NCBI RefSeq assembly: GCF_902713615.1
Contig: NW_024056011.1
Coordinates: 62,001-126,000 of the forward strand
DNA: 64,000 nt
Reading direction: 5' to 3'
Source: Scyliorhinus canicula
Lineage: Eukaryota
Position 1 is the first letter of the stretch. Every line of letters starts with the position of its first letter. The translations under genes were made by a program, and so were the position numbers. This document shows, in pieces, positions 34,000 to 47,385 of this stretch. Below the pieces are notes generated by a model. That model had not been told where the DNA came from, did no database searches, and was given only the letters and a program-made list of their open reading frames with translations.

Positions 34000-35753
34000 A
34001 TGGCCATGCAGGCAATGGAACGCCTCATGAACCCAGAGCAGTTCTTGGTCGCAGCGACCAGCAGTAGCCGAGTAGGCCAGTGCCCCGTGTGGGAGCTGGA
34101 ACTCCGCAAGTATCTAAAAGGAAAGGGATGGCCCATTTGGAATGAGTTCTGTATGAATGAGGAGACAGATCCCGGGAGTATAGGACATACTTGGTGGGAG
34201 AACCTCTCTCAAATTCATAAGAAAAATCCGAGTAAAGCACGCAAGCCGATGGCAATCGTGTCCTGTTTGGCACAGTTGCGAGGCACTGAGGAGGTCGTTC
34301 GGACGCTCCGAGCAGAGTTAGAAGAGAGGAAGAGAATGAGTAAAGTGGATGTCAGGGACATCGAGAAGGAAAACTTAGAACTAAGAGGGAAGCTGGCAGA
34401 GAAGGGGAGAGAGGTGGATGATGCCAAGAGGGCACATCAGTCGTGTCTAGCCCATCTGAGCACTTCCCAAACCCAATACGAAAAAGCCTATCAAGATGTG
34501 CAACGTGCAGTCCTGATAAGAGAGGAATCGGAAAAGCAGGTAGAGGCATTGCAGAGGCAATGCTCTGACCTTAAAGCAGCTTTGAGAGCACTCCATGCTG
34601 CCACCACTGAGCAAAGACAGAGCACAGTAGACCATGCAAAATGTAGGAAGCAGATTGCGGAGCTGCAATCGTTGCTTTAAGTGCAGAATGGGTTCCAAAG
34701 CACCTTTGGAACGCAGTTAGATGAGGAGAATGCCCCAGATTGGCAGGAATTGAGCGAAACCGTGCAGCGTTATGTTCAGGGAACGTGTGCGCCAGCAGCG
34801 CAACAAAAGAGGAAAGCGCCCCAACCCCCCCCCCCCCCCAGATCAGATAGCACCCGCGCCTATGAACCCAGTCACCACCCAAAGAAAAGCAACTACCGAC
34901 GGCGCACCCGACATCACCTACACCACCCCCTTAACTGTAACCCAACTCAGGGACGCGTGTGAGAAAATCACTCCGTTTCTCCCCCACCGCAGACCCCCAC
35001 CAATTTTTCGCAAAGGTTAAACAGCAGGCGACCATGTACGGCCTGGACGATAGAGAGCAGGTTAAGCTCACGGTTCTGAGCTTAGACCCATCAGTAGTTG
35101 CAGCCCTCCCCGACCCACAGAACGTTGGAGGAGGCACACCAGAGGAAATGCACACCTCCATTTTAGCTGCAATAGGGTATAACAGAGGAGACCCAGTTGA
35201 AGGCCTAAATAAATGTAGGCAAAAGAAAACAGAGCATCCCACAGCATTTGCAGGAAGGCTGTGGATCCATTTCACTGCAGTTTTTAGCGAATTAGACCGA
35301 GCGCATTTAAACCATGACAACATGGTTAAATGGACCCGCACCATAATCTCCCATGCCACAGATGCAGGACAGAGTGCTTGCAATAGTTACAACCCCTCAG
35401 AGGAGGACCATAACGAGAAATGGGTTCTGAAAAGATTGTCCCGCGCTTGGGAACAATCGGTTCCGGGCAAAGTCAAGGTAAAGACCCCAGAGGAAGCTCA
35501 GGCTGCAGCGGATATCCAGGCAGTGAGAGCGCACCAAAACCCCGCATGGGTAAACAATGGGAAGAACAGCCCCCCACAGAAGTCGCAGGAATGCTACAAC
35601 TGTGGTCAGTTAGGACATTTTGCTAAAGAATGCAATGCACCACAGAGATCACAGAGAGGCCAGCAGACAGGCACTCTGAACAGACATAGAGCGAAGCCTA
35701 TCCATAGTATAGGGATACAGTCAGGACAGACCAATGTGGACGGAACGGACTGA
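34000..35753 (+). pseudogene. gag: gag, disrupted by one stop (34678-34680) and two frameshifts in C-runs
   Basis: Long coiled-coil N-terminal half; MHR-like CRQKKTEHPTAFAGRL; CYNCGQLGHFAKEC knuckle at 35592-35633. Confidence 0.9.
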
Positions 35754-35973
35754 CGGTGTTCGGGCTCCCCCACTTGGGTCTGTGACACCCTTTGGGACCA
35801 ATCCGGAAGACCGAAGTCACAGCGAAGGTTAGAGGGAAGCCCATAGAGTTACTTTGGGACACAGGAGGGTCCCGCACCACAATTGATTCCACCACCACGG
35901 CACAGGCAGACACGTGGCCGACCACATCCACCATTACCCTCAGCGGTTTTACAGGACACTCACAGCAGGACAC
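35754..35973 (+). pseudogene. pro: Retropepsin protease, N-terminal part
   Basis: Reads VTAKVRGKPIELLWDTGGSRTTI, with the catalytic DTG at 35858-35866. Confidence 0.88.
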
Positions 35974-36472
35974 ATTGGGTGGACATTTATCCTGTGGGAG
36001 CCAATCTAGTGATTCTGTGAGAGCACTGTTCTGTCTAACACTGCCAGTATATTAGGCGTTTGGTGAATATAAAACGAGGCAGGAAAATAATCCTCGCCAT
36101 GAAACAACTTTCCAATGGATAGAGTGTAATACAAGAGTAAATTCATCATTTTGAACAAAACAGACCATTAACGTTTGGAAATTGCAGTGCAGCGATGTTC
36201 ACATGTAGACCTGTAGTGTAAGGTTAATGGGGGGATTGTTGGGTTACGGGTTACGTGGGTTTAAGTAGGGTGATCATTGCTCGGCACAACATCGAGGGCC
36301 GAAGGGCCTGTTCTGTGCTGTACTGTTCTATGTCTATGTCTATTACTGGGACGTTGGTAAAATATTAAACTCAATATTACCCACATGATAGCAGAGCAAA
36401 TACAAATTTCCTAGAACTACTTATAGGTATTAACAAGTATTAATATAATCTCCAAATCAACAATGATTGTAC
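35974..36472 (-). repeat. Inverted, diverged paralog of about 5250-5640 / 41990-42382, carrying a SINE/CR1-tail insert at about 36211-36340
   Basis: ATTGGGTGGACATTTATCC matches the reverse complement near 42365-42382; GTTGGTAAAATATTAAACTCAATATTACCCACATGATAGCAGAGCA matches the reverse complement near 5313-5358. Confidence 0.85.
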
Positions 36473-36760
36473 TTTAGTGGCCATTACTGAAACATGGTTA
36501 AAGGATGGTCACGACTGGGAGTTAAATATCCGAGGGTATCACACAGCATGAAATGAAATTGCAGCATTTACATCAGGGAGACACCGTACTCAGGCTTCAA
36601 CTGATGATCCAAGTTGGAGAGACATAAGGACATTCGCACCAAAGGAATCAAGAAGCAGCAATAGGACATTCAGCCCTGTGAGCCTGTTCCACCATTTAAT
36701 AACATCACGGCTGATCTGATAGTGACCTCAAATCTGCATCCCACCTACACCTGATAACTT
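36473..36760. mobile_element. CR1 endonuclease scrap (+, about 36473-36540) and CR1 3'-UTR (-, about 36615-36760)
   Basis: VAITETWLKDGHDWELNIRGY on the + strand; a CR1-tail sequence abuts the ZNF fragment. Confidence 0.7.
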
Positions 36761-36770
36761 GTCGATAACC

Positions 36771-36887
36771 ATGGAGAAACCGTGGAAATGTGGGGACTGT
36801 GGGATGGGATTGAATTACCCATCTGAATTGGAAACACAAGGACGCACTCATACCAGGGAGAGGCCATTCATCTGCTCTGTGTGTGGC
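36771..36887 (+). pseudogene. C2H2 zinc-finger fragment, duplicate
   Basis: Identical translation to 31-147. Confidence 0.85.
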
Positions 36888-38767
36888 ACTGTGCGAGCGC
36901 TAGAGTCCCAGTCTGTGCGGAGTTGGCACGTTCTCCCCGTGTCTGCGTGGGATTCCATCGGGTGCTCCGGATTCCTCCCACAAATCTCGAAAGATGTGCA
37001 GTTCTGTAATTTGGACATTCTGAATTATCCGTCTGTGCACCAAAACAGGCGGCGGAATGTGGCGAAAGGGATCTTTTCACAGTGACTTCATTGCAGTGCT
37101 AATGTCAGCTTACTTGTGACAAAAATATTATTACATTAGTTTAGGTTAATCACCACCCCATATGAGTGATAATCGTTTTAGACCTTGGCATGGAGTCATG
37201 GACAGTTAGCGGTTTACAATACAGAAAGATGCCATTCATCCACCATATCTGCGATGGCAATCAGGTACCTATCTATTCTAAGATAGTCCATAGATTGTCA
37301 TCCTATCATAAAACTATAAAACACAGAAGCAGGATTCGATGATTAGGCCAATCGAGTGTGCTCCACATTCAATCACGACTGTTATGTTTCTAAAAGCCTA
37401 TCTCCTGCCTTCTCGCCATAACCCCATATCACCTTATTAATCAACAAACTATCTATCTCTGTTAGCCTGGTTAGAAAGAGGGAAAGATCAAGGTAATTGA
37501 ATGTCCCAACCACATTTTAGAGTAAAACTCCGTCGATGTATTCCAATTAACCTGATTCGATCCATTTAGTTGGAAGCCAATGGGGTGAGATTGCACTGAG
37601 AGATTATATTCGGCACATGTTGGCTTCATGTTGTCGATTAAAGGCAATGACCCATCGTGGAGAGACATGAGACAGAACCAGTTAGGAAAAGGGGACAGAT
37701 ATCAGATACAGGAAAACTGGAAAACTCTATGAACATATTTCGCATGTCATTATATTTCGAGATTAGGGGGAATCTTTCCTAATTATGAACATGGATATCA
37801 TGATGACCTTTTTCCTAATATAACTGATGAAGAATCAAATGTCAAAAACAATCATTACTGGAATCCGTTGATCTATTTGTGTCTTTGCCTCTATTTCTGT
37901 GCTGTGTCGATGGGGAAATAGTTGTTGTGCTTTTGTCAGTGTATAATCTAATCTGAGACTTCTATTTCTGTGTTTATTTACATAAACACCTCACTGGTTA
38001 CAATGAAGTGTTCGTATCAGCAAAACGAGATAAACACAATCATTTATTCATTAGGTTCAACTCAAAATAGCGGTTTATTTTAAGAATATTGACAGTTGGT
38101 TGAAACGTATAGAAACATCCATTAGAACAGATGTTACTTAATTGAAATAAAAAATACATTTAAATTAAGTATAATTCTGGAAGTTCTGATGCCTCAATTA
38201 ATAAATCATCTTTAACCAGGCTGTTATTCCACTGAATATTAATTTAATTGAAACATTAACCGAATTAAAGGAGATAAATTAAAACATCAGGCAGAGGAGT
38301 GACCCATAGTCACATTAATCTCAGATCTTTCAACATATTACAACCTGCATTTTAAAATGTAAACGTTTGGAAAGAGCTTACTTTTGTAAAACGCTCTACC
38401 CGACCTCAGGTCATCCCAACGCTCTGAAAACTCACTGATATATTTTAGCTGAATTTAGTTACTGCTGTAATGTTGGAAAAGGAGCAGAGAATTTGTGCAC
38501 AGCAAGCTCCCACAAACTGAGATGTGATAAGCGACCAGCTAATCTGAGTTTTATGTTCAAGAACGGACATTGGTCGAGGATACTGGGAAAAGCAGCTCTG
38601 CTCTTTAGCATTATGTCAATGAGGTAATCCACCTGAAATGTGAATCTCTTTCTCTCTCTGCTGATGCTCACTGACCTGCTGAGCAGCCTCTTTTTGTTTT
38701 TATTTTAGATTTCCGGAACCTGCAGCACTTTGCACAGTTTTAAACATTTATTCTCGGAATATGACCC

Positions 38768-40425
38768 TCACTGGGTTAAATCGCTGGCTTTTAAAGCAGA
38801 GTAAGCAGGCCAGCACCACGGTTCGATTCCCGTACCAGCCTACCCGGAGAGGCACCGGAATGTGGCGACTAGGGGCTTTTCACAGTAACTTCATTGACGC
38901 CAAATCATGACAATAAGCGATTTGCATTTTCAAGCCATAAGATGTAGGAGCAGAAGGTGGCCATTCGGCCCATGGAATATGATCTGCCATTCAATGAGAT
39001 TGTGGTTGATCTGATAAAATCCTCAACTCCACAAGAGTTGAGAACAAGAGTCGGCAGGTCATGTTACAGTTGCATAGGACTTTGGTTGGGCCACATTTGG
39101 AATACTGCGTGCAGTTCTGGTCGCCACATTACCAGAACGATGTGGATGCTTTAGAGAGGGTGCAGAGGAGGTTCACCAGGATGTTGCCTGGTATGGAGGG
39201 TGCTAGCTATGAAGAAAGGTTGAGTAGATTAGGAATGTTTTCGTTGGAAAGACGGAGGTTGAGGGGGACCTGATTGAGGTCTACAATATGAAATGAAAAT
39301 GAAATTAAATGAAAAACGCTTATTGTCACAAGTAGGCTTCAATGAAGTTACTGTGAAAAGCCCCTAGTCGCCACATTCCGGCGCCTGTCCGGGGAGGCTG
39401 GTACGGGAATCGAACCGTGCTGCTGGCCTGCTTGGTCTGCTTTAAAAGCCAGCGATTTAGCCCAGTGAGCTAAACCAGCCCCTTATGAGAGGTATGGAGA
39501 GGGTGGATAGCAACAAGCTTTTTCCAAGATTGGGGTTGTCAATTACAAGGGGTCACGATTTCAAGGTGAGAGGGGGAAAGTTTAAGGGAGATGTGCGTGG
39601 AAAGTTTTTTACGCAGAGGGTGGTAGGTGCCTGGAAATCTTTGCCAGTGGAGGTGGTAGAGGCGGGCACGATAGCATCATTTAAGATGCATCCAGACAGA
39701 TATATGAACGGGCGGGGGACAGAGGGAAGTAGACCTTGGAAAATAGGAGATAGGTTTAGATAAAGGATCTGAATCGGCACAGGCTGGGAGGGCCGAAGGG
39801 CCTGTTCCTGTGCTGTAATTTTCTTTGTTCTTTGTTCTTTTGTTCCACCTTTCTGCCTTATCCCCATAGCCCTGGATTCCCTTACTAATGAAAAATCTGT
39901 CTGTCCCAGTCTTGGACATATTTATTAACCCGGCCTCTCCAATTCTCTGCACCATAGAATCACTCCCCAGTGAGAGACGAAATTCCGCTCCATCCTCATC
40001 TGAAATGAGCGACACCTCACTCTGAGATGGCGCCCTACGGCCCCAGACTCTCCCACAAGCAGAAACATCCTCGAGCATCCACACTATGAAGCTCCTTGAA
40101 AATACTACATATCTCAGCAAGTTCGCCTCTCATTCTTCAAAACTCCAATGCGTGTAGTTCTTCCCTACTTAAACTCTCCTCATGTCAGTCTCTGTGATGC
40201 AATTGGTCAATGTTTTACGCTGCAAACAGAGAGGTCTGTAGTTTCAAGACTATCCAGGGCCGGATTCTTCTCTATTTGATGACAGGCGCAGTAACGATGG
40301 GCCGGAGGAAATCTTTATGTGCTGTGAAATTCCAGCTACCGATGAAAATCCATCCACACCCGAGATTAACCTAATGAACCTTCTCTGGACTGCCTCCAAA
40401 ATATCTATCCTGAGCTAAGGAGACC
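38768..40425. mobile_element. Duplicate of the SINE plus nested CR1/CR1/SINE cluster at 2028-3685
   Basis: Near-identical sequence at offset 36740. Confidence 0.9.
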
Positions 40426-40784
40426 AAAACTGCTCACATCATTGCAATATGCCCTGGTTGAATTTGTACTCGAGTCTCTGGAGTAATAGTTCAGGCCTCC
40501 AGATTACCAGTAATAATATTTCGAAACACTCCTCAGATTGTAATATCATCACATCCAAAAGATGGAGCAAGTGAACATAAAATACTCCTGCATTGGATCA
40601 CAGGTCTGGATCTGTTGTGAGAGGTGATATTGATTCCACTGAGACACACTGTTAATCTATCATGGTTTTCATTTTGACATTATATTCTCAAATATTGCTC
40701 AGTGTATCTAAATTTCTAATTCTGGGTCCCGCCTTACATGGGTCAATTTAAAATTCAGAGGCTAGTCTTTTATTAGTCTTGTGT

Positions 40785-41700
40785 TTTATTCTTGTTATAA
40801 ATTTAGAGTACACAATTATTTTTTTCCAAATCAAGGGGCAATTTTGCGCAGCCAATCCACCTAATCTGCACATCCTTGGGTTTTGGGGGTGAAACCCACG
40901 CAGAGACGGGGAGAATGTGCAAACTCCAGGCGGACAGGGACCGAGAGCCGGGATCGAACCTGGCAGCAGTGCTAACCATTGTGCCACCGTGCTGCCTAAT
41001 TCGGACACGATGGTATTGGTGAATGGGAATTCCACTGGCTCCATAGAAAATGTCAGTAATTCCAAAAATAGCATCTGAACACAAGCAAGACGTAAACATA
41101 TATAGAACTGGGTCTTCGCACTGCATGAGCTGCATGGTCAGAGCGGTTGGAAGCTGGGATCCTTTTCCTTAGAACCGAGCAGTTTTTGGGAGGCGTGGTA
41201 AAAATGTTCAAAATTATTTAGGGTTTTGTTTGGTTAATTAGGAAGAAAAGTCATTCACTGGCAGGAGGGTCAGAAATCAGAAGACACTAATTTATGAAAT
41301 ATTAATTTCCCCCTCTGATTCTAAACCTATCAAATTGTAACAGGACGAGACAGGGCGGATGCAGAAAGGATGTGTCCGATGGCGGGGAAGGTAGAACCAG
41401 GGGTCACAGTCTCAGGATACGGGGCAAACTATTTAAAACTGAGATGAGGAGTAATATCTTCACCCTGAGATTTGTGAATCTGTGGAATTCTATACCACAT
41501 AACGAAGTTGACTCCAAAGTATTGTACGTTTTCAAGGAGGAGTTAGATAAAGTTCTTGGGGATCAAAACTCTGAAGGGACCAAATCATATGGGGGAAAAG
41601 TGGGAACAGGTTACTGAAGTGGATTATCAGCCATGATCAGAATGAATAGCAGAGCAGGCGAAGGGCAGAATGGTCTACTCCTGCTCTATTTTCTATGTCA
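40785..41700. mobile_element. Duplicates of the family A SINE (-, about 40785-40997) and the CR1 3' end (+, about 41350-41700)
   Basis: Near-identical to 4045-4257 and 4610-4960. Confidence 0.85.
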
Positions 41701-43952
41701 CTTTATCACATCAAATCTGTTTCTTCACATGTTAAATGAGACCCTGTCTTTATTTCTCTTAAAGTAACCCCTGTCACTGTCTATACTACACTGTACTCTT
41801 TGTGCTACACTCAATTAATAATACGCGAGAGCATGCATTGGATTATATTACATTAAGTTCCGCCTCTATTATATACCACAGGAATTTGTATCTTTACATC
41901 ACACTCGGGCCTGTGTCTGTTGATATTACACCAGACCAATACCCTCTCGATATTATAAATGATTGAATATGTTTGCTTGTTTCTCCGAGTACAATCATCG
42001 TTGATTTTGAGATTATGTTAATATCTATAAGTAGTTGTATTAAATGCGTACTTGCTCTGCTATCATGTGGGCAATATTGAGTTGAATATTTTACCAACAT
42101 CCCAGGAATGAACTGGTCTTGAGAGACATGTCTACATGTGAACACCGGTGCACTGCAATTTCCAACATTTAGTGGAAATCTCTGTTTTGTTCATAATGAT
42201 TAATTGACTCTTCTGTTATACTCTATCGATTGGAAAGTTTTTTTCACGATGATGATTATTTTCCTGCCTCGATTTATATTAACCAATCACCTGATGCACT
42301 GGCAGAGTTAGACAGAACCGTGTTCTCACAGTATCGCCACGATGGTAATGGTGGGCTCCCAAAGGAGAAATGTCCACCCAATCATATAACACTTAGCTGG
42401 TTAAGAAGAGCAACTAAAATCGCTGCAAAAACGTATTGGCCGTTCGTGCATGTGAAACATTTTTCTTAAATTTTGCAACTAAAATCGATCAAGACGTATT
42501 GTTATCTTTAGAATTATTTGGTTGATTTTGTGATATCTTCATATGTCTCGGCCCTCAGCTCTGGTATTCATTCCCTATTCCTCGTTACCTCAATTCCCTT
42601 ATTAAAATCATCCCATAACCGGCCTCATCAACCACGTTTTTAATCATCTGGCCTAATAACTCTGTACACGTATATTAATCCAGACCTTGACCAGGAATGG
42701 CTGCAATAGACCCTGCCTCAGTTTATAATATTCTAGATACTGTATGAATAATCACTGCTTTAGATCCTCTCTCATTTAAGTTAATGAAACTTTGTATCAG
42801 TAATTGCTGCACTTGAACCTGTCTCTGTTTATGTTAATCTAGACTCTGTATCAGTCATCACTGCACGGGATCCAATCTCAATTTAGGTTAATCTACGCCG
42901 TTTTAGTGATCATTGCTTTAAACTCTGTCATAGAGTCATTGTTTCTGAGAGTTTTATAGTTCTAAAGAAAGGTGCCCTTCCACGCATCATCTCTCACCGA
43001 CGGTAATCAAGCACCTATCTATTCTAATATCGTCCATAGATTGTCTTCCTACCATAAAATCATAAACCATAGAAGCAGAACCCGGCCTTTCAGTCCATCG
43101 AGTCCGCTCCGCATTCAATCATGATTGTTATGTTTCTACTCCCCATTCTCCTACCTTCTGCCCATAATACCTGGCCCCCTTATTAATCAATAACCTGTCT
43201 ATCTCTATCTTAAAGACACTCAGTGATTTGGCCTCCACAGCCTGCTGCGGGACTGAGTTCGACAGATTCAAGACCCTCGAGCTGAACAAATTTATCCTCT
43301 TCTCAGTTTTGAAGGTACACCCCTTAAATCTGAGGCTGTACCCTTGGGTTCTAGTTTCTCCTACTAGGCCTCTTGGCTGCTCTATAAGTTTCAAGGAGAC
43401 CCTACCCCACCCCTGCCCCGCGCCACCCTCCCCTCACAGCAGCTCATCTTTCTAAACTCTATCCAGCACAGACCCCTAGTCCTCAACCGCTCCTCATATG
43501 ACAAGTCCATCATTCCGAGGATCAGTCTTGTGAATCTCCTCTGGAGCTTCTCCAAGGCCAGCACATCCTTTCTTAGATAAGGCGACAAAAAATGCTCATA
43601 ATATTCCAAATGGGGTCTGACCAGAGCCTTATAGAGCCTCAGCAGTTACATCCCTGTTCCTGTAATCTAGCCCTCGCAACATGGATGCTAAACTTGCAAT
43701 TGCCTTCCCAGCTGCCAACTGAACCTGCATGTTAACCTTAAGAGAATCCTCAACTAGAATTCCTAAGTACATTTGAGCTTCTGATTTCCTCAACCCTACC
43801 CTAATTAGAAAATATTCTATGTTTCCTCCAAAATGCAGAACCTCACACCTTTCTACATTGTATTCCATCTGCCACTTCTTTGCACACTCCCTTAGCCTGA
43901 CCAGGTCTTTCTACAGCCTATCTTCTTCCTCAGCACAATCTGTCCCTCTATG

Positions 43953-45575
43953 TCTCCTCATCTGGAAAGACACTGCTTGATTAGGGATAGTCAGCACGGA
44001 CTGAGGGGTAGGTCTTGCCTTACAAATCTTATTGACTTCTTTGAGGAGGTGACAAAGCATGTGGATGAAGGTAAAGCAGTGGATGTAGTGTACATGGATT
44101 TTAGTAAGGCATTTGATAAGGTTCCCCATGGTAGGCTTATGCAGAAAGTAAGAAGGCATGGGATAGTGGGAAATTTGGCCAGTTGGATAACGAACTGGCT
44201 AACCGATAGAAGTCAGAGAGTGGTGGTGGATGGCAAATATTCAGCCTGGAGCCTAGTTACCAGTGGCGTACCTCAGGGATCAGTTCTGGATCCTCTGCTG
44301 TTTGTGATTTTCATTAATGACTTGGATGAGGAAGTTGAAGGGTGGGTCAGTAAATTTGCAGATGATACGAAAATTGGTGGAGTTGTGGATAGTGAGGAGG
44401 GCTGTTGTCGGCTGCAAAGAGACATAGACAGGATGCAGAGCTGGGCTGCGAAGTGGCAGATGGAATTTAACACTGACAAGTGTGAGGTTGTCCATTTTGA
44501 AAGGACAAATATGAATGCGGAATACAGGGTTAACGGCAGGGTTCTTGGCCACGCTAAATTGAGAGATCTTGGGGTCTATGTTCATAGATCTTTGGAAGTT
44601 GCCACTTAAGTGGATAGAGCTGTGAAGAAGGCCTATGGTGTGCTAGCGCTCATTAGCAGAGGGATTGAATTTTAGAGCCGTGAGGTGATGATGCAGCTGT
44701 ACAAAACCTTGGTAAGGCCACATTTGGAGTACTGTGTGCAGTTCTGGTCGCCTCATTTTAGGAAGGATGTGGAAGCTTTGGAGAGGGTGCAAAGGAGATT
44801 TACCAGGATGTTGCCTGGAATGGAGAGTAGGTCTTACGAGGAAAGGTTGAGGGTGCTAGGCCTTTTCTCATTAGAATGGAGAAGGATGAGGGGTGACCTG
44901 ATAGAGGGTTATAAGATGATATGGGGAATAGATAGAGCAGACAGTCAGAGACTTTTTCCCCGGGTGGACAACAAACCACGTGGGCTTGAGTAGGGTGATC
45001 ATTGCTCGGCACAACATCGAGGGCCGAAGGGCCTGTTCTGTGCTGTACTCTTCTAATTCTAATTCTAATTCTAATTCTAATTACAAGGGGACATAAATTT
45101 AAGGTAAATGGTGGAAGATATAGGGGGCATGTCAGAGGTAGGTCCTTTACCCAGAGAGTATTGGGGACATGGAATGCACTGCCTGTGGAAGTAGTTGAGT
45201 CGGAAACGTTAGGGACCTTCAAGCGGCTATTGGATAGGTACATGGATTATGGTAGAATAATGGAGTGTAGATTAATTTGTTCTTAAGGGCAGCACGGTAG
45301 CATTGTGGATAGCACAATTGCTTCAGAGCTCCAGGGTTCCGGGTTCAATTCTGGCTGGGGTCGCTGTCTGTGCGGAGACTGCACATCCTCCCCGTGTGTG
45401 CGTGGGTTTCCTCTGGGTGCTCCGGTTTCCTTCCACAGTCCAAAGATGTGCAGGTTGGGTGGATTGGCCATGATAAATTGCCCTTAGTTTATGATCTATG
45501 ATTAACCTAGGACAAAAGTTTGGCACAACATTGTGGGCCGAAGGGCCTGTTCTGTGCTGTATTTCTCGATGTATC
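43953..45575 (+). mobile_element. Young 5'-truncated CR1 LINE with RT domain, present only in copy 2
   Basis: ORF 43950..44609 contains DFSKAFDKV, SGVPQGSVL and FADD. Nested CR1 tail with (TTCTAA)n at about 44975-45080. Confidence 0.95.
45287..45488 (+). mobile_element. Family A SINE nested in the CR1 3'-UTR
   Basis: GGGCAGCACGGTAGCATTGTGGATAGC head and V-SINE-like core. Confidence 0.9.
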
Positions 45576-46954
45576 TGAGCATCATCTGAAAACGTAGCAT
45601 CAGTGCCTTCAGTTCAAAAGTAATAATAAAAATCTTTATTAGCTTTTACATTACATCAGCCTTTAAAGGCTTCCGTATCCCCTGGCATCCCATTAATCTT
45701 CGCCACATTGTCTGCTTATTCCTTTGCTTTTGTGCTGTCCTTCACTTCCCTTGTCAACCATGGATGCCCTGTCCTCCCCTCAGCATGGTTCCTCCTCTTT
45801 GGGATTAATTTGTGTAGTGCCTCGCGAATAATTCCCAAAACGTCCTGCCACTGCTGTTCCACTGTCTCCCTGCTAGGCTCCCTGTCCAATCAACTCCGGT
45901 CAGCTCTTCCATTTATCTTTGTAGTTACCTTTATTCAATTGTAATACCGTTACATTTGATTCCAGCTTCTACCTCCCAAACTGCAGGGTGAATTCTATCA
46001 TAGTGTGGTTACTGTCCCGTGAAGGTTCCTTCACCTTAAGTTCCCTACTCAAGTCTCAATATACATCAACAAATGCAGAATTGCCTGTTCCCGACAGGGC
46101 TCAATCACAAGCTGCTCCAAAATCTTCTCATCGATATTCCACAAATTCCTTTTCTTGGGATCTGCTACCAACCTGACCTTCCCTGTCCTGCATATTGAAG
46201 TCCCCCATGACTATTGTAATATTGCCTCTATCTCCAGATTTATTTTCTGCCCCTCATTCTGACTACAGCTAGGGGGCTGTACGTAACTCTCCTCCAGTTC
46301 TTTTTTTCCTTTGCGATTCGTCAACTCTGCCCAAAGGGATTCCATGCCTTCTGACCCGAAATTGCTTCTTGCTATCGAATTAATTTAAATCATTACTCAC
46401 AATGCGACACCATTCCCTTTTCCCATCTCATGTCCTTTCGATAGGACAGATACCCTTGGATATTTCGATCCCAACCCTGATCCCCTCGCAGCCACGTCTC
46501 TGTGATGTCCATAACATCGTACCGACAAATTTCAATGTGTGCAATGAGCTCATTTACCTTGTTCTGTATACTGGGCACATTTAGGTACAACACCCTCAGT
46601 TCTGCGTTGACAACCCCTTCTCAACGTTGCCCCTCTTTCTGCTGTCCCTGAAGTTGCAAATCTGCCACTTTCCATACTCCCTACTCTAGTACGTGTTCTG
46701 GAAACTTTACTAATCTCCCCTGAGCCTCCGGCCCGTTGTACTTGGTTAATGTCCTGATCATTAACCTGCACTCTCACCTTCTCTTTTAACTTTGGTTTTC
46801 TAATTTTTCGTACAACCGAGCCCCCCCCCCCCCCCCCCCAATATTTAGTGCATCACTTCTCAACATTGAATTTTATCTGCCACCTATCTGCCTGTGTACA
46901 TGCAAAAGCCAGTGACCTGTTGCAGCCTAGGCTGGACGCATCTTTGTTACAACA

Positions 46955-47385
46955 CCAGGGACGGCGGGACTGTCATATGAGGAGAGATTGACTACGTTAG
47001 AATTGTTCTTGCTGGGGTTCAGAAGAATGAAGACTAGGCAGGGCAAATGCAGGGAAGATGTTCCCAAATGATGGGTGTGTCCAGAACCAGGGGCCATAGT
47101 CTGGGGATTCAGGATTCATTTCGGACAGGTATGAGGAGACATTTCATCACCCAAAGAGTGGTGAGCCTGTGGAATTCATTACCACAGGAAATAGTTGATC
47201 CTAAAACATTGAATATATTCAAGAGGCGGCTAGATATAGCACCTGGGGAGAATGGGATCAAAGGCTATGGGTAGAAAGCAGGATTAGGCTATTGAGTTGG
47301 ATGATCAGCCATGATCGTGATAGATGGCGGAGCAGGCTCGAAGGGCCAAAAGGCCTCCTCCTGCTCCTAACTTGTATGTATCGAT
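46955..47385 (+). mobile_element. CR1 3' end, paralog of 8605-9085 with an internal deletion
   Basis: Encodes SRTRGHSLG...RRHFITQRVVSLWNSLPQ. Confidence 0.85.

Larger units (their letters stand above)
32725..35973 (+). mobile_element. 3'-truncated LTR retroelement / endogenous retrovirus (5' LTR, PBS, gag, partial protease)
   Basis: TG...CA LTR, tRNA PBS, Gag with MHR-like motif and CCHC, DTG protease. No RT, integrase or second LTR in the window. Confidence 0.92.
42930..46845 (-). mobile_element. Composite CR1 fragments paralogous to 6200-8490, split by a younger CR1
   Basis: Same translations (KDVLALEKLQRRFTRL, LNVPSIQNKVNELIAH); poly-C at about 46822-46838. Confidence 0.88.
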
